Source of the DNA: Minisyncoccota bacterium | GTDB lineage: Bacteria > Patescibacteriota > Minisyncoccia > Phycocordibacterales > UBA9973 | Length of the DNA stretch: 64,000 bases | Assembly (NCBI GenBank): GCA_041663185.1 | Contig: JBAZQY010000002.1 | Location: 152,496 to 216,495 of the forward strand | Direction: 5' to 3' | Shown: positions 56,201 through 64,000 of the stretch, piece after piece | Layout: the number at the start of each line of letters is the position of its first letter | Position numbering within the stretch: position 1 is the stretch's first letter | Notes under the pieces: model-generated | The model's input: only the letters and a program-made list of their open reading frames with translations | Database searches by the model: none | What the model was told of the DNA's origin: nothing | Made by a program: the position numbers and the translations under genes

Positions 56201-56599
56201 ATCGGTTGTTGGCCAAGCTTCGGAAGTCTTGGCTTTATTACTACTTGTTGCCGAAAGACCCTTAAACACTTTGACATATTTATCACTGACAACAGAGGGA
56301 GAACACCCAGCAACTTTACAGGCTTGTTTTTTTTCAATATTTACTTTGATTCCATTGATTGTTGAACCAGCTGGAATAGAAAATCCAAAGTTACTTGCTC
56401 TTAGATAATCTGAAAAATAAGTTGCATCTTCCATTTTGAGTGTTGCGTAGGTATTATCTGAAGTTGTTGCATTGTTTGGATTTGTCCAAACAATGCTTGA
56501 ACCAGTAAATGAAGTGTCAGCTACCACCGTAGGATTACCAGAGACTTCTATAACTGAAGAAGTCGCCATTAAACTATTTGTAAATGTTAGACCAAACAA
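53267..56599 (-). CDS. large surface protein: Ig-like/HYR/DUF5011-like repeats, lamin-tail domain, TSP1-like repeat, PG-binding domain
   Basis: DTTAPVITLLG..P...GDTF.DPGATA repeats, LVINEIDYDQP...EFVEL, WSAWS...TQTRIC, C-terminal EVIELQKFLN...DGIFGPKT; start uncertain. Confidence 0.8.
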   Translation of the reverse strand: MFGLTFTNSLMATSSVIEVSGNPTVVADTSFTGSSIVWTNPNNATTSDNTYATLKMEDATYFSDYLRASNFGFSIPAGSTINGIKVNIEKKQACKVAGCSPSVVSDKYVKVFKGLSATSSNKAKTSEAWPTTDTIVTYGSETEKWGTTWTASDINSSNFGVGLSITRTAGGTRIASVDNISVTVYYTPDTTAPEITINEPGTTPAQSKTITASANEGTLKMSNTTGSVCDSSLTFISYTSQTFTSESDNGKKVCYRAIDSASNTTYKMSNAIGGIDQTAPTSSVTSPSSGSLVNGTITIEANASDTTADISKVEFWHSSVVGVKIGEDTNSPYSISFDTTSLTDGVHNIWVDAYDEAGNHALSASVSIDVDNTAPVLTLPTTITEEATSHNGAVAIFTATATDTNPATPTVNCTPESGSTFPVGSNDVECSATDTAGNTATNSFAVIITDTTLPTITAPVDQIFEATGPLTNPTLIQAVATDIADENPIISYTPTTFPLGETIVNWKATDHSGNISEEVTSLVTIEDTTGPIINIASSDSIDTWINEEFSEPTCAASDLVDGSPLPCEVTDNNVDTGALGTYHVTYKATDNQENSSEKTIEVNAVDKDKPIIYRTGYNVLDLEAGSIYMDEGATAEDKIGADISSLIVTTGLPIDTLVLGLHKIFYNVTDSWGTSANQAERSVIVVDTTAPVITLLGVNPMELIVGDTFIDPGATASDIVDSSIVVNASGVVDTNTAGSYTITYTATDSAGNVASPITRTVNVTETEIVPPTSTELVINEIDYDQPSADIAEFVELKNIGEGVINLDNYEVRLINGTGIVLYQTINLPSVNLNSGDYYIICSNTATVINCDLDISPNTDLIQNGGAGADAVAIFDSTNTIIDTVSYEGSVAGYTEGTGAQADLAPTDSTPHSISRYPDGQDTNNNSADFAYVCITPGSANTNGTNCEVVDDTPLPIDGVWSAWSPVNEQCGLIYTQTRICTEPTNGGIPCSAIDGGNSTRIITNDACQSTSSSGGGSSGSYIRPIPTITPILGQVLGAEKFIFTLPLKLGSKGNEVIELQKFLNTAGYNCGLADGIFGPKTKAAVMKFQLANGLDDDGIVGPLTREVLNR

Positions 56600-56691
56600 A
56601 ACTAAAACAGTTACGAAACTAATTGAAAAATAGACATAATAAAGTGCATATCAAGTGGATAAAATTATGTGTAAAATATCCTTACAATTAT

Positions 56692-57426
56692 TCATTTTTT
56701 GTTTAAATAATACTTTCTTTTAGTTTCCGGTAACCGTTCAATAGTATATCGGAGCATAGTCCGAGGCATTTTAGTTGTATAAATATCTAGAAATGCAATT
56801 AACTCTTTTTCGGATACCCTCTTCCCAATTTCTCGAAGCATCCAGCCGACAGCTTTATGAATGAGGTCGTGCTTATCTTTTAAAAGTATTTTTGCAATTC
56901 TAAAAGTCCACTCCGATTCTCCTTTATAGATAAATGCAAATGTAGAAACAATTGCAATCCGACGCTCCCAAATATTTTTTGAATTTGCAAGTTTAGTGAG
57001 GATTGTTTTTTTAAATGTATCACTTTGGTCGTATAAATAATTTCCAATAATGTATCCTGCAGATAGATCAACTAAATCCCAGTTATTAATATACTTAGTG
57101 TGTTTCAAATAAAAATTAAATATTTTTTTATGACTCTCCGCTAGGACTTTCCTAGCGGAGAGGGGGGAAGATTTATATTTATGAACTAAGATTAATAAGG
57201 CGATGAGGCGAACTTCGTGGTATTTGTTTTTAATAAGTTTTGAAATATCAGGAAGTGGAATATCACCATATTTTACTGCAATTTTTCGGGCTTCGGGAAC
57301 AGTAATTCCCAAAAACAAATCCCCTTCTCCATACTGACCTTTGCCAGTCTTGAAAAACCAAGACAAGTTTTTAGCTTTCTCGTAATTTTTATGTGACATT
57401 ATTTCTTTCATAATTTTGTTATACAT
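56692..57426 (-). CDS. DNA alkylation repair protein (AlkD-like)
   Basis: FFKTGKGQYGEGD.FLG, NNWDLVD, HKAVGWMLRE, MPRTMLRY. Confidence 0.88.
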   Translation of the reverse strand: MYNKIMKEIMSHKNYEKAKNLSWFFKTGKGQYGEGDLFLGITVPEARKIAVKYGDIPLPDISKLIKNKYHEVRLIALLILVHKYKSSPLSARKVLAESHKKIFNFYLKHTKYINNWDLVDLSAGYIIGNYLYDQSDTFKKTILTKLANSKNIWERRIAIVSTFAFIYKGESEWTFRIAKILLKDKHDLIHKAVGWMLREIGKRVSEKELIAFLDIYTTKMPRTMLRYTIERLPETKRKYYLNKK

Positions 57427-57514
57427 ATTTCAATTATATCATTTAAAAAAATAAAATCCGTTTTAATCCTTGTGGGGAATTAAAACGGATTTTTAATATC
57501 TTATGCTAACTAAA

Positions 57515-57853
57515 TTATTTTTTCCCCCAATCACGAAAATTAAATAAGGGAAAAATAAAAATGAAAAATATAACCGACCCAATTCCTGCATACATTAAAA
57601 CTGGATTGTTAATATTGAAGCTATACCAAGCAGATATTTTGATACCCGCCGCTGGGTCATATTGGGTTATGTCCAAAACCCAATATGCTACGTAAGCTAC
57701 AGTTACAAAACCCCATAACCCAATAAGATTATCAAATAATGAGGGTAATGAAGGGGTTACATTTTTTACAATATTTTTCAAAAAATCTATCAACCGATAG
57801 ACTCCAAAAATTACTGAAACGACAGCAATTTTTAATAAGGAAATCTTTGTCAT
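57515..57853 (-). CDS. membrane protein
   Basis: Three hydrophobic segments. Confidence 0.5.
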   Translation of the reverse strand: MTKISLLKIAVVSVIFGVYRLIDFLKNIVKNVTPSLPSLFDNLIGLWGFVTVAYVAYWVLDITQYDPAAGIKISAWYSFNINNPVLMYAGIGSVIFFIFIFPLFNFRDWGKK

Positions 57854-57962
57854 AGTTGTGAATTTTAAGTTTAATCAATTATACCATAAACTAATACTAA
57901 AAGTCAAGCTCAAAAAAGCCCTTTATAAAGGGCTTTTTTGAGCTGTTTTCTTATTTTTATAA

Positions 57963-58406
57963 TTATTTTCGGTATTTTTTAGTTCTCCACTTATCGGCAA
58001 TCTTGATTCTATTAAGTGATCTTTCGAGTTCTGTTTCAAAGTGTTCAAAGTCAACAATTTCATTATTCTCTGCCTGTTTACGAAGCTCTTCAGCTTTGGC
58101 TTTAGCTTTTTCAATTTCTTCTTCGGTGATGTCTCCAATGTGCTCGGCAAAGTCAGCCAAGATTGTGACGGTTGTCACGTCACCATCTTTTTTTGTTTCA
58201 ACGAATCCACCGACAACACCCATAGGAATATGTTCCCCATCATTTTGAGCAACGATATCACCTGAGGCAAGTGATGCGACAAGAGGAATGTGGTCAGGCA
58301 GAATTGTTATCTCCCCTTCTGTCGTTGGAATTGTAACCAAATCCACCAATTCTTCTAGAATTAATTTTTCTGGTGTGACAATTTTTAATTGTAATTTTTT
58401 TGACAT
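57963..58406 (-). CDS. atpC: ATP synthase epsilon subunit
   Basis: LKIVTPE, GEITILPDH.PL, VVGGFVE. Confidence 0.93.
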   Translation of the reverse strand: MSKKLQLKIVTPEKLILEELVDLVTIPTTEGEITILPDHIPLVASLASGDIVAQNDGEHIPMGVVGGFVETKKDGDVTTVTILADFAEHIGDITEEEIEKAKAKAEELRKQAENNEIVDFEHFETELERSLNRIKIADKWRTKKYRK

Positions 58407-58416
58407 ATATGTATTT

Positions 58417-58519
58417 GCGGAGGTGTATGTTTAAAATTTATGAGTAGGTGTGGGCGCGCCGGAGCGAGCTTTGCGAGCGGAGAGGGATAAGCGAGTAAAT
58501 TTTAAATATACACTGACGC
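58417..58519. repeat. intergenic long hairpin between atpD and atpC
   Basis: GTGTATGTTTAAAATTTA...TAAATTTTAAATATACAC arms with GC-rich interior. Confidence 0.7.
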
Positions 58520-58528
58520 AATGCTATT

Positions 58529-59911
<1,383 letters not shown>

Positions 59912-59917
59912 TTAATT

Positions 59918-60002
59918 GCGGAACAAATTATTTTATGAAAAAATGTCTGGCTCCTCGTCCTCCCTCCTCCGAGGACTTTTTTCAGAATATAATTTGTGTA
60001 GC
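59918..60002. repeat. 85-bp intergenic hairpin repeat, copy 2
   Basis: Matches 48640-48724 with 3 mismatches. Confidence 0.9.
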
Positions 60003-60029
60003 TTTTTTAATAATATTAATAATAATTTT

Positions 60030-60980
60030 TTAACCGACACTTGCCATCCCGGCACTAATTTCTGATATTTCCCTTGTAATTCCTGCCTGACGAGCCTTGT
60101 TAAATACTAATGTTAGGTCATCAATCATTTCTCCGGCGGCCTCGTTTGCATTCTTCATGGCGACCATTCGGGATGATTGCTCACTCGCGCTTGATTCAAG
60201 GATCATCTGGTATATTTGCATTCTGGTTAATTTCTCGGCTAAGCTTTCAAGTAATTTATCAGTATCTCCTTCAAACAAATACGGTATCTCCCTTGTCTCG
60301 CCATAGCTACTTGCGGAGGCGGATTTTTTGTCTGGCAACTTCTCATTCAAATTCCCGCTAATTTCTTCTCGGATGTCTTCTTTTGAGATTGGCAGAATTT
60401 TTCTGATTTTTGGTTTTTGGGTTAAGGCTGAAACGAAATCAGTATAAGCAATGTAAACATTTTTATAATTACCATTTTTAAATTCATTAATAATTAAAGT
60501 TGAAATTGGCACAATATCTGATACTTTCAAATTTATGTCTGGCATTTCGGCAAATGTTGCCACAATATTTTGTCCAGTTTTGCGCATAGCACTGTCACCC
60601 TTTTTTCCAACTGAAATAATATCTATTTTTTCCGAGGAGGTATTTTCTTTTAGCATCAGAATGGTTTTCTTTATGATCTGCGAATTATATCCACCACATA
60701 AACCGCGATTTGAAGTGATAAGAACAATAAGATTTTTGTCATCAGAATTACCACTTGTCGCCTTTCCGTTATTTGTAAAAAATGGATGAGTAATTTCTTC
60801 CAAGCGATTTGAAAGTGATGTCAAAACTTCCCAAGAATAACTGGCATAAAGACGAGATGAAAGTGTTTGCGAAACCGCTCTCTTCATTTTTGAAGCAGAA
60901 ACAAGCTCCATCGCTTTCGTGATTTTCTTTGTGCTTTTAACACTCGTTATTCGTCTTTTAATCTCTTTGGTACTTGGCAT
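60030..60980 (-). CDS. atpG: ATP synthase gamma subunit
   Basis: KITKAMELVSASK, RGLCGGYN, RQAGITREISEI. Confidence 0.97.
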   Translation of the reverse strand: MPSTKEIKRRITSVKSTKKITKAMELVSASKMKRAVSQTLSSRLYASYSWEVLTSLSNRLEEITHPFFTNNGKATSGNSDDKNLIVLITSNRGLCGGYNSQIIKKTILMLKENTSSEKIDIISVGKKGDSAMRKTGQNIVATFAEMPDINLKVSDIVPISTLIINEFKNGNYKNVYIAYTDFVSALTQKPKIRKILPISKEDIREEISGNLNEKLPDKKSASASSYGETREIPYLFEGDTDKLLESLAEKLTRMQIYQMILESSASEQSSRMVAMKNANEAAGEMIDDLTLVFNKARQAGITREISEISAGMASVG

Positions 60981-60997
60981 TTATTTTAATGAAGAAC

Positions 60998-62500
60998 TTA
61001 CTTTGTAAACGATTGCTTAAAATCTCCCATTACTTTTACTAATTCAGCTTCGCCAGCATCTGTCCACATTTTTTCTGTTGTAACTTCCTTATAAAAAGTT
61101 TTAGCATTTCGTCTGGTATATTCAATTAATCCTTCTTCGAAAGTTTTAATTTTATCAATGGCAATATCGTCCATGAACCCTTTGGTCAAAGCATAAAGAA
61201 CAACAACTTGGTCCTCTGTTGCCATCGGTGCGTATTGAGGTTGCTTTAATACTTCTACAGCACGTTTCCCACGTTCTAGCTGATTCTTCGTCGATTCATC
61301 AAGGTCAGAACCGAATTGAGAGAATGCTTCCAGTTCGCGGAATTGAGCAAGATCAAGCTTCAATGTTCCTGAAACTTTCTTCATGGCTTTAATTTGAGCA
61401 GCTGAACCAACACGGGAAACCGAAAGTCCAACGTTAACAGCTGGGCGAATTCCTTTGTAGAATAAATCAGTTTCTAGGAACATTTGTCCATCAGTAATTG
61501 AGATAACGTTTGTCGGAATATATGCGGTCACGTCGCCTGATTGAGTTTCAACAATTGGCAGTGCAGTAATAGAACCTCCTCCATATTCTTTATTTCTTCG
61601 GCAAGCTCGCTCTAATAATTTTGAGTGCAAATAAAAGACATCTCCTGGGAAAGCTTCACGGCCTGGTGGTCGGCGAAGAAGCAGTGAGATTTCACGATAA
61701 GCCACAGCGTGCTTTGAAAGATCATCATAAATTATCAAAACATCTTTTCCTTGGTCCATGAAATTCTCAGCAATAGTAACTCCAGTATAAGGAGCGATGT
61801 ATGAAAGAGCAGCCGATTCAGAACTCCCAGCCGAAACGATAATCGTGTAATCCATTGCTCCACCTTCTTCGAGTCGTGTCTGAAGTTTTCGAAGCTTAGA
61901 ATCTTTTTGACCAATTGAAACGTAAACACAAATCATGTCTTGTCCTTTTTGATTTAAGATTGTATCGATAGCGATAGCAGTTTTTCCTGTCTGGCGGTCA
62001 CCGATAATAAGTTCACGTTGACCACGGCCGATTGGAATAAGCGCATCAATTGCTTTAATACCTGTCTGAACAGCCTGAGAAACTGATAAGCGAGTAATAA
62101 CCCCAGGGGCAACCTTTTCGATTGGGCTATTCTTTTCGGTTTTAATTGCTCCTTTACCGTCAATTGGTTCACCAAGAGCGTTCAAAACACGACCAATTTG
62201 AGCATTTCCGACTGGAACTGAGAGAATCTTTCCTGTTGATTTAACCTCATCACCTTCGCGAATTTTTGTGAAGTCACCAAGAATAATAACTCCAATGGAA
62301 TCTTCTTCGAGGTTTAGAGTTACGCCAGCTTCACCGTTTGGGAATGAGACCATTTCTGAAGCTTTGATATCTGAAAGTCCTGAAATTTTTGCAATACCAT
62401 CGAAAACCTCAATAACGTGTCCGACTTTTTCAGCCTTGACATCATCTTTCCATTTTTCGATTTGTTTTCTTAAATTTTCTACAATGTGATTTTTTGTCAT
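60998..62500 (-). CDS. atpA: ATP synthase alpha subunit
   Basis: [26 protein letters not shown]. Confidence 0.98.
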   Translation of the reverse strand: MTKNHIVENLRKQIEKWKDDVKAEKVGHVIEVFDGIAKISGLSDIKASEMVSFPNGEAGVTLNLEEDSIGVIILGDFTKIREGDEVKSTGKILSVPVGNAQIGRVLNALGEPIDGKGAIKTEKNSPIEKVAPGVITRLSVSQAVQTGIKAIDALIPIGRGQRELIIGDRQTGKTAIAIDTILNQKGQDMICVYVSIGQKDSKLRKLQTRLEEGGAMDYTIIVSAGSSESAALSYIAPYTGVTIAENFMDQGKDVLIIYDDLSKHAVAYREISLLLRRPPGREAFPGDVFYLHSKLLERACRRNKEYGGGSITALPIVETQSGDVTAYIPTNVISITDGQMFLETDLFYKGIRPAVNVGLSVSRVGSAAQIKAMKKVSGTLKLDLAQFRELEAFSQFGSDLDESTKNQLERGKRAVEVLKQPQYAPMATEDQVVVLYALTKGFMDDIAIDKIKTFEEGLIEYTRRNAKTFYKEVTTEKMWTDAGEAELVKVMGDFKQSFTK

Positions 62501-62524
62501 ATATTCCTTGGTTCGCCGTGGCGA

Positions 62525-62932
62525 CTAATTGGTTACTAAATAATTTTTTAATCTATTTATTTTGCTTTTTAATGTCATGTCTATAATTTCATCTCCGACC
62601 TCAATTTTGATTCCTCCTAGAAATTTATCATCGGTTTCAAATTCTAGAATTGCATTTTTGACTTTGTATCTCTTTTTAATAAAATGTTCAATTTCGCTCA
62701 CTACTCCTTTTTTTATCTCTGCTTTTGAACTGATCTTTGCTCTGACGACTTCTTCATTTTTATCAATCAGTTTTTGTAATTTATTTAAAATTTCTTTGGA
62801 CTTACCGAGCGCATGTTTTTCTGAAAGTAATTTAACAGTATTTTTGAGTATAACTTCAAGTTCCACTCCACTTTTCTCATTAGTGGATTCGTAGATTGCT
62901 CGAGCGATGTTGTTAACTGAAATAGTTGCCAT
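62525..62932 (-). CDS. atpH: ATP synthase delta subunit (short)
   Basis: LGGIKIEVGDEIIDMTLK C-terminal motif; position between atpF and atpA. Confidence 0.85.
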   Translation of the reverse strand: MATISVNNIARAIYESTNEKSGVELEVILKNTVKLLSEKHALGKSKEILNKLQKLIDKNEEVVRAKISSKAEIKKGVVSEIEHFIKKRYKVKNAILEFETDDKFLGGIKIEVGDEIIDMTLKSKINRLKNYLVTN

Positions 62933-62933
62933 A

Positions 62934-63425
62934 TTAAATATTCTTTAATTGATCGACTGTTTTTTGGTCAAACTTGTCCCCTGCTTGTGACTCTAATAAT
63001 TTTTCTGTTGCCTTGACCACAAGAGAAACGATTTCCTGCTTGGCTTCTTCTACCATTTTCACTTTTTCAGACTCAAGAACCTTCTTGCCGTTTAAAATCA
63101 GTGCATCAACTTCTTTTTTAGCATTTTCCATCATTTCGGCTTTCTTTACCTCGACTTCTTTTTTGCCTTCTTGGAAAAGAATATTTGCTTCTTCTTTTGC
63201 TTTTAGAATAACACTTTCATATTCTTTCTTTGTCTTTATGAGTGTTTCGGCATTTATTTTTGCATCTTCTACTCCTTTATTTATACGATTCTCTCTTTCT
63301 GACATCATCTTCTTTAATGGTTTTAGAGCGAAGAAATATAGAACCAAAAAAACTACCAAAAAGTTTAATGCCTGAGCAATGATTATTTTCCAATCTATGT
63401 GAAATGTTGTTATCAATGATTCCAT
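62934..63425 (-). CDS. atpF: ATP synthase b subunit
   Basis: QALNFLVV TM, KPL...ER, coiled coil. Confidence 0.92.
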   Translation of the reverse strand: MESLITTFHIDWKIIIAQALNFLVVFLVLYFFALKPLKKMMSERENRINKGVEDAKINAETLIKTKKEYESVILKAKEEANILFQEGKKEVEVKKAEMMENAKKEVDALILNGKKVLESEKVKMVEEAKQEIVSLVVKATEKLLESQAGDKFDQKTVDQLKNI

Positions 63426-63538
63426 GTTTTAAATAATTAAAAATTAATAATTAAGAATTACGAACTAAAAACGAAGAAGCTTTAGCTTCTTACTCCTAGC
63501 CATTTGAAAAATCAACTGACTAGATGTAAATAGCAAAA

Positions 63539-63805
<267 letters not shown>

Positions 63806-63899
63806 CTAAAGGGCTCCGACACGATAAATAATTTCAATAATTTATTCCGCCTAACGATTTTGTATTAATAATAATTTCGACGACTAATAATAATTTCTA

Positions 63900-64000
63900 C
63901 TACGTCACAGCTTGAACATGTTTTTCTGCGTGTTCATGCTCCCCGCCTTGACTCGGCGAGGCAGGTTCGTGTTCATCGTGATCTTGTGAAGCAATTGTGA
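63900..64000 (-). CDS. atpB: probable ATP synthase a subunit, 3' end only
   Basis: Hand translation ...TIASQDHDEHEPASPSQGGEHEHAEKHVQAVT*; His/Glu tail and position upstream of atpE. Confidence 0.65.
   Translation of the reverse strand, partial: TIASQDHDEHEPASPSQGGEHEHAEKHVQAVT

Overview
AT-rich window from a reduced genome that looks like Patescibacteria (CPR, Parcubacteria-like); this is inferred from gene content, and TGA is used as a stop (code 11). Left part (1-39.7 kb, mostly + strand): tsaD, cmk, murE/D/C/F, mrdA, greA, lysS, mraZ-rsmH-ftsL-ftsI, a small ECF-sigma cluster, tRNA-Glu(CTC), a defence islet, rsmI, ctpA, rplI, rpmA. The islet holds a C-like HTH, a Bsp6I-like endonuclease, a LexA-C5-methyltransferase fusion and an AbiTii-like gene. 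Right part (45.1-64 kb, almost all - strand): rarA, a 2-hydroxyacid dehydrogenase, a minimal pyk, eno, a RipA-like gene, a 1110-aa surface protein, alkD and the atp operon. Where the two orientations converge sits a 5.17-kb integrase-less filamentous-phage (inovirus-like) element with SSB, pVII/pIX-like peptides, two major-coat paralogues sharing an identical 76-bp block, pIII, pVI, a Zot ATPase and an HUH Rep. It is flanked by a 21-bp direct repeat inside a dif-like palindrome. Other signals: GC-rich palindromic elements inserted in frame in housekeeping genes, an 85-bp intergenic hairpin repeat, four ECF-type promoters, widespread leaderless gene starts and several uncalled microproteins. 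All family assignments are by eye; no database searches were run.
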